A DNA stretch of 64,000 nt, taken from the NCBI RefSeq assembly GCF_009914755.1, contig NC_060928.1, one strand, 5' to 3'. This stretch comes from the human T2T-CHM13v2.0 reference genome, Homo sapiens. This document shows positions 11,727 through 26,330 of the stretch, one piece after another (positions within the stretch are counted from its first letter, which is position 1; the number at the start of each line of letters is the position of its first letter). The notes below the pieces were generated by a model. That model saw only the letters and a program-made list of their open reading frames with translations. It had not been told where the DNA came from and did no database searches. The position numbers were made by a program, and so were the translations under genes.

Positions 11727-12035
11727 CTTTTTCATTCTTTTTTTTTGTTTTTTTGTTTTTTTGAGAGAGTCTCACTCTGTTGCCTAGACTGGAGTGCAGG
11801 TGCCCGATCTCTGCTCACTGCACCTTCTTCCTCCCTGGTTCAAGCAATTCTGTTTCAGCCTCCAGAGTAGCTAGGATTACAGGCATGCGTCACCATGCCT
11901 GGCTAATTTTTGTATTTTTAGTAGAGATGGGGTTTCGCCATGTTGGCCAGGCTAGTCTTGAACTCCTGACCTCAAGTGATCCACCCTCCTCGGCCTCCCA
12001 AAGTGCTGGGATTACAGGCATGAGCCAATCGTGCC
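11727..12035 (-). mobile_element. Alu (S-type)
   Basis: dimeric Alu; TSD core atgatttc. Confidence 0.92.
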
Positions 12036-12634
12036 TTAGTTAATGATTTCATCGAGTCCTTTCCAGCTTTCCAAGTCTGTGCTGCCTCTTTCTGCAAGCT
12101 TATTTCTGATGCATCTTTGAGCGTGTCCTACCCCTGAATGTCTAATTTGTTGTGAAAATAATTGTTACACTTTACGCCCTACGTTTAGGCCCTTACATGT
12201 GTCATCTTGTTTAATGTGACAGCAACCCTATGGGATAGGATCTATTATCCTTGTTTTACAATGAGGAAACGGAGGCCTATAGGGAATAAGTAATTTCAAA
12301 CCCAGACATTCTTGATGCCGTGACCTGTACTCATGCCCCCCATGCTTCACAGCCTTTTCAAGGAGTAATTTATCAGGTCACCAATGCATGTGAGGCAGTT
12401 GAGAAAGGGTAAATATTGTCCTTTCCACATTTTATTAGGGTATTATCAGTAAGTGATATAAAAGTATACTTGGGACTTGGAATATTGCTATATCAGAGAT
12501 TCCCTGGGGTTAGCTCTTTAGTTCAGACACTGCCAGAGCTTGATGTGTAATTTCACTTCTGTATAATCATGGTTGAAGTGTTTTATGTTGTGTCTGTGGG
12601 ACAGTTTAAATTAATATTTCTTGTTTTTGAACAG

Positions 12635-12701
12635 TGGGCCACAATACGAATTGAAAAAGGAACCCCAAAGGAGTCGATTCTTAAAAACTCTGCTTCTGTT
12701 G
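12635..12701 (+). CDS. GPAT3: GPAT3 coding exon 2 (67 nt)
   Basis: acceptor ttcttgtttttgaacag|; WATIRIEKGTPKESILKNSASV+G; donor TTG|GTGAGT; phase 1. Confidence 0.96.
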
Positions 12702-13257
12702 GTGAGTTTTCCTTTTCATTATGATTGTTACCATATTTAAATTGGGTGGATGTAAACCTACCCAATTTGAACTTGAAATATGCAGAGAGCAGTGTGTTCT
12801 ATAGGGTTTGGATCTTTCATAATTCTGTCAGTGTAAAATTGCAGCTGCCAGAGTTTTCATGGACTTTTTATTGTAAAGGTGGTAATATGTGTTAGCTCAT
12901 CTATATGTTCTTATAGGTATTGTTTTCCTTTCTAAGGGCATGTATTTGAAGATGGCTGTCCGTGGTTTTAAAGATGTAGTCGATGGCCAAAAGAAAAAAA
13001 AAAAGAAAGAAAAAGGCTAATGGGAGTTCCTGGGAGTTAAAACCTATTATTGAGGTTTCGTTAACCAACTTGTGATTCTCAAAGTATGTTCCTCAAAGTA
13101 CTCTTTTCTGCTGAAGGCTAATTGGTAATACATGAAATAAAAAATAATTTTCTCGTGAAATAAGTTTAGGAATCATCACATACTATACTTGCCTTTGGAG
13201 AGTATTAGTGCCTACTAATAAAGGCTCAGAAAAGTCCTGCAATAAAGAAACATGCTT

Positions 13258-13557
13258 GACCAGGTGCAGTGGCTCACGCCTATAATCCCAGCACTGTGGG
13301 AGGCTGAGGCCGGCAGATCGCTTGGGCTCAGGAGTTCAAGACCAGCCTGGGCAACATGGCGAAACCCTGTCTCTACAAAAAATACAAAAATTAGCTGAGT
13401 GTGGTGGTGCGCACCTGTAGTCCCAGCTACTCAGAGTGGGGTCCTGAGGTGGGAGGATCACTTGAACCCTGGAAGTTGAGGCTGTAGTGAGCTGTGATCA
13501 TGCCACTGCACTCTGGCCTGGGCAATACAGTGAGACCTCATTTAAAAAAAAAAAAAA
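13258..13557 (+). mobile_element. Alu (J-type)
   Basis: dimeric Alu with A-tail. Confidence 0.92.
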
Positions 13558-14040
13558 GTCAAACTATCAAATACTTTACTGGAAGGAATTTATCTTCTGG
13601 AAGCTTTTCTAAAAGGAATTGTAGAAATTGTATTCTATAGTGAGTTTTGGAAATAACAAAATATTTGAAAACATTGGAGTATTTTTGTATAATTGGATTA
13701 TGATTTTCAAATGATTGAAGCAACTAGTAGAGCTTCATGGTGTATACTTAAACACCCAAATATTATCACCAATCACATTTTTACCAAGTCCGGATATTTC
13801 TGGCTATATTTTATCCTTTTTTTAATTGCCAGATACCTTCTCTGAAATATAGCAGCTCTATCATTTAAAAAAATTATTCTGGTTCATTAAAAAATGTATG
13901 TCCTTATGATTTAAGGAAAGAACAAACTTTGTTGCTGGTTTTCTGTTGTGCTTGGTGAGACTCTGAGCTGTTGATCTTGAGAGAAAATCAGTGGGCCTTA
14001 ATAGATTGGGGTGATTGTGGTACATGTTTTGGGCCATGAA

Positions 14041-14396
<356 letters not shown>

Positions 14397-15167
14397 TAAA
14401 GGACACAAAGTATTTCAATTTGGCAGGTGATGGGATTAAAAAATCAGTAGATGAGAGGGTCTAGTAGCGTGGATTTAGTTTTTTTTTTTTTTTTGCCTAT
14501 ACAGAAATGAGAACTTTTTGAATATTTATACTTGTTGGATTACTATTTTTATTATAATCTTTGTCAAATATCTGCTTTTTCTGTTTTTGATCTTTGTCTT
14601 TTCTATGGTGTCTCCAGGAAAGAATGGAAGTGAACAGGAGGAGAAAATAGAAATCATAGTATTTTAGAGTAATGCTGATACCCGCAAAATTTGTCATATT
14701 TCATTCAGAGTGTCTACCCTTCCTTGTAGCCTGTTAAATTGGAAATTGACTCTCACAGTTATTGAACAACTGCAACATGTAGGGCTGACAAAGGATCCAA
14801 AGTTGATTAAGACATAGTCCCTGTGGGGAGATAGGCATTGGACAGACCACTGTGATAAATACTGAAATAGGTGCATAAGCAAAGGACAGTGTGAGATCTA
14901 ATTTCGGCTCTGATATGTACTGCTTTCGTCTCTGCTAATCCCACAGCTGTGCATGGTATGCAACTTTGCTCCCCTCCTGATTTCGTGCTTGGGTATCCAG
15001 GGGTACTTAGTACCAGGGGTATTAAGTAAGGGGTGTGTGCCCTGTTGATACATACTAGTATTTGGAGTCATCTGAGAAGTAGTGTCACAATCCTAGACAG
15101 ACTGATAGAGGGTGATGATGAAACATTGAGTACTTGTGTGCTTGGCTGGTGCAGTTTTTGGCCTTGA

Positions 15168-15651
<484 letters not shown>

Positions 15652-15953
15652 TCTGCTGCTCTTTCATTTAGTGAAACACATTTTTTTTTTTGAAATGCAT
15701 TTCAAGTCTCCCTTCCCAGTTAAATCCCTCTTGCATTGTATTTCTTCTGTGCTTTTATTGAATAAGCCAACTGAAAGCTGAGCCTAGGCAAATTATTATC
15801 TTTGTGGTTAAATAATTATCTTCTGTCTTTAGCCATATTCTGCTGTGTCTTTTATTTAAAAGCTATTTAATTTGTTGAACTTCAGATATGATTATGGGTA
15901 AATCTCGTTAAGAAGCTCTGTTATTGCACTTTCACCTTCCTCTTCTTCTTCCC

Positions 15954-16076
15954 TTTTTTTTTTTTTTTTTGAGATGGGGTCTGGCTGTATTGTGCCAAAT
16001 TCCTGGCCTCAAGCAATCCTCCTGCCTCAGCCTCCCAAAGTGCTGGGATTACAGCCATAAGCCATAGTGCCGGGCC
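15954..16076 (-). mobile_element. Alu monomer fragment
   Basis: ctcaagcaatcctcctgcctcagcctcccaaagtgctgggattaca. Confidence 0.8.
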
Positions 16077-16564
16077 ATATCTTACTCTTCTAAGCTTAAG
16101 GACTTTTCCTCATTGTTAACACAAAGAAAAAGGTAAATCTTTTTCCCCACTTCAAGTAACTCTGTTATTCTGAGCATTAAACTTCAGTGGAGGTTATAGT
16201 TACCCTTCTACCCTAGTTTTGTCCCCTGAAAGCAGAAGTGCTAGAGCCACAGCATAGAAGGCTAGGACAAGAAAATACAGGAATAATGGCTCGTTTGCTT
16301 CTTTTTATCAGCTGTGCTTTGGTTGCTCCAGCCATAGGACAAATGCATCTCCTTGGACCCTGGGACTTGGTCTGACTGAGATCCTAGCAACTTTTATTTT
16401 AGCCTGTTTTAAATATACAAAGGATCGTTTGACTTTTAAGAGGCACCAGCCTTACTCTTTGGGCATCTGATTTCCAGGGATTATGATGCTGTTAGGTTGG
16501 AGTTTGAATCGGCTCATAGCTTTGGTAGTAATTGTGATTAATATTAGTAATTATGTAATTTTAG

Positions 16565-16841
16565 TGACTCAAGATGAATTGTACTCTAATTGCATTATGA
16601 CACTAGGACATTTTAAATGATTACCATGAAAAGTCACCAAGCATGAATAAAGGCCTGCATTTACCTGGGAGTGAGTCATAAACACCACAAATACATAAAG
16701 GCGGTGGCTTGTCATTTTGGCATTGTTCCCTTAGAGGCTGATGCTGGCGTGACTCAGCATTGTTGGCCACAAAGTGCATGCAACCACTGCAAGTCTTACC
16801 CCATGCCCTGCTCCAGCGGCACCACACACAAAGACTGTGGT
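16565..16841. promoter_or_regulatory. Candidate intronic enhancer (AP-1/ARE plus RUNX motifs)
   Basis: TGACTCA 16565, TGAGTCA 16672, GTGACTCAGCA 16749-16759, ACCACA 16684 and 16821, TGTGGT 16836. Confidence 0.55.
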
Positions 16842-17163
16842 CTCATGGCCTGCTGTTGATTTAGCCCCTGTGCTAAATTTCTCTCTGCCTTGTATCTCAT
16901 GCCCCCAAGTCTCTGCCCCTTTGCCCACCTAAACACTCAAAAAGGAGAAGGTACTAAGGTGAAATTTCGGTTGCTATACCTATTTGGAGAGAATTCAGGT
17001 TGCCTAACATGGCCCTCTAATTTTACTTTGGGAATTTTTTTCTGTGAGGCAATTGACTACTTGAAATCCTGTATACATTGATTATATGAACATTAATAAA
17101 ATCTTATACATTCACAGAAAATATGGGATCATATTTTGTGACAGAAGTTTGAGAAATATCAAG

Positions 17164-17281
17164 TCAGGTGGGATCATGCATGCCTGTACTCCCAGATACT
17201 TGAGAGGCTGAAGGGGGAGGACCTGGAGTTTGAGTGTAGCCAGGGCAAAATAGTGAGACCCATCTGAAAAAAAAAAAAAAG
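17164..17281 (+). mobile_element. Alu monomer (FLAM/FAM-like)
   Basis: gcatgcctgtactcccagatacttgagaggctga...gcaaaatagtgagaccc plus A-tail. Confidence 0.75.
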
Positions 17282-17617
17282 AAAATTGAGGAATATTTTT
17301 ATATACTTATTTTGTTTTGGACAGGCCATTTTTGATAGTTTAAATTAGCTAACTTGATTTTATGGTGTAAACTCTGTGAATACAAACCAGTATGTGTTGC
17401 CCTCAAGAATATGAAGTGTAATGCATCTAATGGGGTTATCTTATTGCTAAAATACAGGAACTTGTCTAGCTACTTGTAGAGAGCAACATAATTCAGTTAT
17501 GGGGTTGGAAGGATTATAGGTTGGGGCTTTCTTTTTTATTTTGCGTGTGTGTGTGTGTGTGTGTGTGTATGTATATATATATGAAATATTATGTATTAGT
17601 ATGTGAAATATATATGA

Positions 17618-18432
<815 letters not shown>

Positions 18433-18504
18433 GAGTTTTTCTTTAGCATGGCCAAATGTCCCCCTGATTGCATTAGTCTATCCCTATTTGTGAATATTGT
18501 GTCT

Positions 18505-18530
18505 GATGATGATGATGATGATGATGATGA
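18505..18530. repeat. (GAT)n trinucleotide repeat
   Basis: tgatgatgatgatgatgatgatgatga. Confidence 0.9.
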
Positions 18531-19610
18531 CAATTTTCAGACATACACAAAAGTAGAGAAAATAGTAAATGAGCCCCATATCACGAGATTCAACATTTGT
18601 CGAGATTTTGCCATGCTTGATTCATTTATCAACGCTCTCATTTTTTTGGTAAAGTTTTAAAATTTAGATACAAAATCTCATGTCTTTTAATGCATAAAGG
18701 ACTTTTTCAAATAACCACAATGCTATTATCCCTTTAGCAAACAATAATTTCTTAATATCATCTAATATATTGTCCATATTTAGATTTCCCTAACAGTCTC
18801 AAAATGTCTTTATAATTGATTTGTTTGAAATGAATTTCAGTCATGGTTCACAAAAACATTTATTTTTTAATTTTTTGCAGTGCTTTAAGTTGGAAATATG
18901 AAAGTTTTTTGTGGGGGCAGGGGTGCAGTTTTATTTCTTGGAACAAAAATTACTTAATAGCAACTGATTCTGATAAAACTCACTAGAGTACTGTGCATTT
19001 TAATCTTTACATCTTAACATAGCTCTGTAGAAGGCAAAAGTTTGATTGTTAGGTTAGTCATCTGTATTTCTTTTACGTACAATATTATAAAAATTTAGTT
19101 CAATCACTTTGGAGAGCAATTTGGCAATACTTAGGAAAGTTAAAGACCAGAAAATTACACGACAACCCAACAATTCTATATCTCCTAAAATATCAAATGT
19201 ACCCAGAGCCTCAGCATATATGTATTAGGTGACTTGTTACAAGTGTTTACAACCAGTGAAAATGTGGAGACAATCCATCAGGAGGAAAGTTAATATGTAA
19301 GCTGATTTATTTATACTGTACAGCAGTTAAACTGAATTAACTGGACTTACATGGAAAGAAAAAGGAGATGAATTTCAAACCATATTGAGAGAAAAGAAAA
19401 TATATAGTATAATAACATTTATTTAAAATTTAGAATCACAAATAGATACTATACATTTATGTGAATATATAATATATGCATGGAAATTATATATACTATA
19501 GGGCAGTATATTGCGCCTGGCTGGGACAGGTTATCTTCAGGAGGGAGAGCAAGAGGTGGTGAGGAGGGGCTTTAACTGTATTTATAATTTTTTTTCTTTA
19601 AAATATACCT

Positions 19611-19949
<339 letters not shown>

Positions 19950-20254
19950 GAAGCAAATATGACAATGAGTATTTTTTTTCTTGTTAAACTCATCTTTGGG
20001 GGGTTACATTTATATTGTAAACATAAAAAAGAGAAAACCCCAACCAAATAAAACATCAGTAGTCATTCAGCTAATGTTTATTCTGACAGTTAGAACTAGT
20101 TATATATGAATGGAAGATAGGTACCTTCTTGGGATGTGATTTGATGGTTATCTGCTCCAAAACACAGCTCCATTCAGCCTGACCAGTGCCTGGAATTTAA
20201 ACTGAAACCTATGGAACAAAGGAGTTTTTAATAAAAATACATTACCTCTTAGAG

Positions 20255-20493
20255 CTGGCTTTCTCAACCTCAGCACTACTGATACTTTGGATTGGGTAAT
20301 TCTTTGTCGTGGGCAACAGTCCTGTACAATGTGAGATGTTCAGCAGCATCTCTGGCCTCTACCCAGTAGATGACAGACAGTAGCACACTCCCATTCGTGA
20401 CAACCAACAATGTGTGCAGACATTGCCAGTTGTCCCCTGGGGGCACTTCTCTCTCCTTCCCTCACCCCACCCCTGCTCATTTGTGAATCACTG
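20255..20493. mobile_element. MER20 (hAT-Charlie MITE)
   Basis: ttctcaacctcagcactactga...gatgttcagcagcatctctggcctctacccagtagatg...cagacattgcca. Confidence 0.8.
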
Positions 20494-20829
20494 CTCCTAG
20501 AGAAGAATGCATTAGTGTATTGGTCCCCACTATCGTTAGCATGATTTTAGTTTTCTAACAAATAGGCCCTTGAAGGAGCAGAATTTGATGCTACAGTTTT
20601 TGGTGGTTGATTTGGGAAGAATGGAATGACAAAGTAAGGCATAGGTGGGGGTGCTTAGATGAGCAGCAGGATTAGCAGATGGTGGAAGAGGAGGCAGGTT
20701 CCTTAAGGAAAGGTAGAAAGCAGACAAAGAAATCTTCCTTCAAACTTTGCCTCATAATCTAACGAGAATATACTGGTCTATTTTGGAGGGAGCTTTACTT
20801 AAAGTGGATTAGAGACTGGCATATAACTG

Positions 20830-21210
20830 TGCTTTATGGACTGAATGTCTATGTCCCCCCCTTCCCAAATTGATATGTTGATATGTTGATCCTAACACCC
20901 AAAGTGATGGTATTAGGAGGTGGGGCCTTTGGGAGGTAATTAAGTCATGAAGGTAGAGCCATAATGAGTGGGATTAGTGCCCTTATAAATACGGGCCCCA
21001 GGGAGTTGTCTAGCCCCTTCCATCATGTGAGGACACAGTGAGAAGATAGCCATCTGGAAATCGGAAAGAGAGCCCTCACCAGAACCTGACCCCACTGGCC
21101 CCCTGATCTTGGACTTCTAGCCTCCAGACCTGTGGGAAAATAAATTTCTGTTTTTTGTAAGCTACCCAGGCTATGGCACTCTGTTATAGCAGCCTGAAGT
21201 GACTAAGGCA
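20830..21210 (+). mobile_element. MaLR solo LTR, MLT1A-like
   Basis: tatggactgaatg...ggtattaggaggtggggcctttgggaggtaatta...AATAAA at 21139...gactaaggca. Confidence 0.85.
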
Positions 21211-21245
21211 GTGCTCTAAACCTCTGAAAGTAAATGACTTAGCAT

Positions 21246-21314
21246 TTAACTTTGACCACTGATGAATGAGCAGGATGAAGTGGTTCTGGCAGGAAATGAG
21301 AAGGTAAAAGGTCA
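21246..21314. promoter_or_regulatory. Pair of DR1 nuclear-receptor elements (PPAR:RXR/HNF4-like)
   Basis: AGGTAA-A-AGGTCA at 21302-21314 (+); TGGTCA-A-AGTTAA at 21246-21258 (-). Confidence 0.4.
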
Positions 21315-21704
21315 GATCAGAGTTATGGTCTTGTAACTGCATTGCGAAGTGATGGGTGTGAAGAGAGGGAATTAAGCCTTGAATCACAGAAAGGAAGGCT
21401 CCCATCTAAGGAAACTAGCTAGGACATTCATAAAATGTCTTGAATTATTTTTTAGATTGTTTTTCTTTTCGAATAGTAGTAACAACGTGGATAGTATTCC
21501 TATGCCTTACCTCTATTTTCAGTGAAACTAGTTAAAAAAAATGTAACTAAGCAGTTTTAAAATTTTCTGTCTCTAGCACTGACTGCTGAAGGTCTGGTTG
21601 GTGATTTAGCTGCATTAGTCCAAAACCCCTCAGCAGCTTGGAAGAGGGTACCTGCATCTCAGAGTTGTGGAGGTTTGAAAAAGTTGAGTGAGAACTGAGA
21701 TTCA

Positions 21705-22020
<316 letters not shown>

Positions 22021-22089
22021 TTATTTGAGAGGGAGAAGATAATAGGATCAGACAATAGTCCCTTATAGTCAACTCAATAATACATAGCC

Positions 22090-22378
22090 TTTTATTTATT
22101 TATTTAGGGAGACAGGGTCTCCCTCTGTTGCCTAGGCTAGAGTGCAGTGGTAAGGATCACTGCTCACTGTAGCCTTGACCTCCCAGGCTCAAGCTGTCCT
22201 CACACCTCATCCTCCTAAATAGCTGGGAGACTACAGGTATGCACTACCAAGCCTGGCTAATTTTTTCCTTTTTGTAGAGGCGGGGTCTCATTATGTTGTC
22301 CAGCCATGTCTCGAACTCTTGGGCTCAAGTGATGCTCTTGCCTTGGCCTCCCAGAGTGCTCAGATTAAAGGCTGGCTG
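22090..22378 (-). mobile_element. Alu (J-type)
   Basis: gctcactgtagccttgacctcccaggctcaagc. Confidence 0.88.
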
Positions 22379-22900
22379 CCTTATTTATTTAGGGAAGTTC
22401 TCTTCACAGTTGATAGGAGCAGACCTCTTAGCCAGTATCTACCACATTGAAAATACAGCTTGTCATTTTAGAAGTATTCCCCAAACCAGGCTCCCCACCC
22501 TCTGCATATCTCCTGGTCTCTTTATCCCCCAGAGAAAAATCCCAATCAAAACTCCAAAGCTTCTTTATTTTGTTTCTATCTTTTAGGCAAGAACCTGTCA
22601 ATAATAATAATCATAATCACCACCATTTTTTAAACATTGGCCCCACTGTTCCATATTATTTATTATATATGAGGGGGTCTTGTTAATCATGATTTTACTT
22701 GCTCTACATTGCATGGCTGGTCAAAGGCAGCTTGAAAAGAATCCCAGTTTGTCTGTTCTACTCAAAAGCCCCTGTTACCACTTTCTACTACTGTCTTACT
22801 ATGCCTTCCTTACTAGCTCCTCTGGTCCATACTTTCTGATTCTCCTCTTGATGTTTAAGGTGACTCCTCTTCTACACATGGAATGGAATGGAAGCTCCCT

Positions 22901-23203
22901 CTTTTTTTTTTTTTTTTTTTTGAGATGGAGTCTTGCTGTGTCACCTAGGCTGGAGTTCAGTGGCGTGATCTCGGATCACTGCAACCTTTGCCTCCCGGGT
23001 TCAAGTGATTCTCCAGCCTCAGCCTCCTGAGTAGCCAGGACTATAGGTGTACGCCACCATGCCCGGCTAATTTTTATATTTTTAGTAGAGACTGGGTTTT
23101 GCCATGTTGGCCAGGTTGTTCTCAAACTCCTGACCTCAGGTGATCCACCTGCCTTGGCCTCCCAAAGTGCTGGGATTACAGGTGTGAGCCACTGCGCCTG
23201 GCC
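22901..23203 (-). mobile_element. Alu (Sx-like)
   Basis: dimeric Alu with poly-T. Confidence 0.93.
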
Positions 23204-23230
23204 TCCTCTTCTGAGAGTTGGCTTTGTCAC

Positions 23231-24088
23231 TGTGACATAATAAGAAATATGTATTAGACTTCTGCTCCCTCTCCCTTTCCTGTCACATAGGTCCTAAAAC
23301 CTTTGGCATCTCTGCAGTGATAAGTGATAGTGTCTTTGTGTATGCTGATGAGATGACTGGTGGCTGGGAGCTCCTGGATAGATAGCCTCAGGATGGTGGC
23401 TGATTGCCAGGGGAGCCAAACATGTGATTACAGGGTTGGAACTTTCAGCTCCCCTCCATATTGCTCCCCAAAGGGCAATGATTAAATCGATCATTTAATC
23501 ATTTTATGGAAGCTGATGTCATGAAGCTTCCATAAAAACTAAAAAATACAGGGTTTAGAGAACTTTCAGATTGTTGAACACATCCAGGTGCCTGGTGGGA
23601 GGTGCACCCCAGCTTCATGGGAACAGAGGCTTCTGTGCTAGGGACCCTTCTGAACCTTGTCGTCAGTGCAGTATTCATCTGGCTGTTCATTTGTGTGCTT
23701 TAAAATATCCTTTGTAATACATCAGCACTAGTAAGTAAAGTGTTTCCCTGAGTTCTGTGAGCCATTCTAGCAAATGACTGAACCTGAGGAAGGGACTATG
23801 GGAACGCTCAATTTATAGCTGGTAGATCAGAAGTACCAAAGGCTTGGACTTGCAATTGGCACCTGAAGTGGAGGCGGTCTTGTAGAACTGAGCCCTTCAT
23901 TTGTGGAATTTGACTCTAACTCCAGGTAGATAGTGTCAAAATTTAATTGAATTATGGGACATCTAGCTGGTGTCGAAGAATTGTTTGGTGTGGGAGAAAA
24001 ACCCACACATCTGGGGTCACAGGAGTGTTCTGTGTTTTGGTGAGAGTATAGTAGAAGAAAAGTCAGTTTGTTTTTTTCTTATTATATA
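23231..24088 (+). mobile_element. MER21-family (ERVL) solo LTR
   Basis: starts TGTGAC; MER21-like motifs (tatgctgatgagatgactggtggctgg, gggttggaactttcagc); perfect 5-bp TSD GTCAC at 23226-23230 and 24089-24093. Confidence 0.8.
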
Positions 24089-24395
24089 GTCACTTACCAG
24101 GAAGCTCCTAACAGTTTGTCCTTATCAATGAAATTTTTGAAGAAACAAATCTATTAAGAATATTTAGCATTACAATCAAAGATACCATACATAAATGCCA
24201 AACCACAAGGCTGACATTTTAAGTGAATTAATGGTTCATTTGACAGTGGAGTTTTATGAATGCTTCTGTGCTGTGGGATTTCTTGTTTAATCAAGTTAGC
24301 TGTATCCAAATCAACAGAGTTAATGTGGGCTGCCAGCCAAGATGTAGGTCAAGAGTGGGTTGTTAAAATGTTAGTCGTTAAAATGAAACTCTGTT

Positions 24396-24633
24396 AAGAC
24401 CATTCTGGCCAACATGGTGGAACCCTGTCTTGACTAAAATACAAAAAAATAGCCGGATATGGTGGTGCACAGCTGTAATCCCAGCTACTTGGGAGGCTTA
24501 GGTATGAGAATCACTTCAATCCAGGAGGTGGAGGTTGCAGTGAGTTGAGATTGCACCACTGCACTCCAGCCTGGGTGACACAGTGAGACTCAGTCTCAAG
24601 AAAAAAAAAAAAGAAAAAGAAACAAACAAAAAA
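24396..24633 (+). mobile_element. 5'-truncated Alu
   Basis: begins aagaccattctggccaacatgg; A-tail. Confidence 0.88.
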
Positions 24634-24924
24634 GGGAACTCTGCCTGTTATTCTCAACGCTATTTTTTTTTCAGTGCTAACTGACAATTGATTAGTGTCC
24701 TCAGCTCCACCCCATCCCCATTTATGCATCAAAACTCACAGTTAATTATGTGGCTAATATTTATATTTGGGGTTAAAATTTTCCTATTTTATAATCAGCA
24801 TTGATTATTTTGTAAGTTTTTGGAGAACTACTGGAATATGCAATGATGAAAAAAGAACTAGATTTTCTCATCTACGGTTCTCAAAAAAAAAAAAAAGTAA
24901 ATCTATTGCTTCTAGCCTAGTATT

Positions 24925-25262
24925 TGTCTTAGTCCACTCAGGCTGCTATAACAAAATACCATAGAGTGGGTGGCTTATAAACAACAAACACTGATTTTTC
25001 ACAGTTCCGGAGGCTGGAAAGCCCAAGATCAAGGCCCAGCTTCCTGGTTTGTACAGGGCTGTCCTTTTGCTGTAACCTCACATGATGACAGGAGTGAGGG
25101 ATCTTTTTAGGACCTTTCTTATAAGGGCAATAGTCCCATTCATGAGGGCTCCACCCTCATGATCTAATTACCTCCCAGAGGTCCCACCTCCAAATACTCT
25201 GACATTGGGGATTAGGTTTCAACACACTAGTCTTGGCAGATGCAAAGATTTAGTCTATGGCA
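24925..25262 (-). mobile_element. MaLR solo LTR, MLT1A-like
   Basis: tgtcttagtccactcaggctgctataacaaaatacc ... catgagggctccaccctcatga ... tctatggca. Confidence 0.85.
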
Positions 25263-25517
25263 GTACATTTAACTTGGTTTTGGTAACTGAGAGATGCTAG
25301 CAGAAAATTACTCAGTTATAAAAAAGGGGAGGGGTACAAATTATTCTATTACAAATGTGCAAACCATGTAGCAATCGGAGTATTGAAGTTACCTTTATTT
25401 TAGTAAAGCTTTTGATTCTATTCTAATCCCAAATAACAGGGTCAGCAAATCCATTCTGTCTGTTCCCTTGCCATCATCCTGGCAGACATCACTAGTTGAT
25501 GAAGTTTGACTCTAACT

Positions 25518-25715
25518 TAGGGGTATCCAGTCTTTTGGCTTCCCTAGGCCACATTGGAAGAAGCATTGTCTTGGGCCACACATAAAATACACTAACACTA
25601 ACAATAGCTGATGAGCTTAAAAAAAAATTGCAAAAAAATTTCATAATGTTTTAATGTTGAATGTGGCCCAACACACATTTATATGCAGCCCACAGGCCAT
25701 GGGTTGGACAAGATG
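25518..25715. mobile_element. MER30 (hAT-Charlie MITE) with an internal micro-inversion
   Basis: aggggtatccagtcttttggcttccctaggccacattggaagaag...gggttggacaag. Confidence 0.85.
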
Positions 25716-26026
25716 CCCTAAACCATGATATGTCCTCAGAACTCTTTCATGCAATCCAGCAGACAGCTACTCATGTCTCATTGTTTTGGAGTTGGCCTTT
25801 GCACTACCTCTGATCTGGAGGATAGATAGGGGTTCTCACGCTGTGTACCAGAGAGGGTCACTAACTGAGAGTTGGGGAACATGTTGAGTAGCTGGGTTTT
25901 GGCATGCATTTGATTTTATTGTTTGAGGTAGTATTGATGAATTTGACATAATGTAAAGGGCAATGAAGTTGATTGGAGACTCAGAGTTTTAAACAATGTA
26001 GGAAACCGGAATAGAATTTAAAGTCA

Positions 26027-26330
<304 letters not shown>

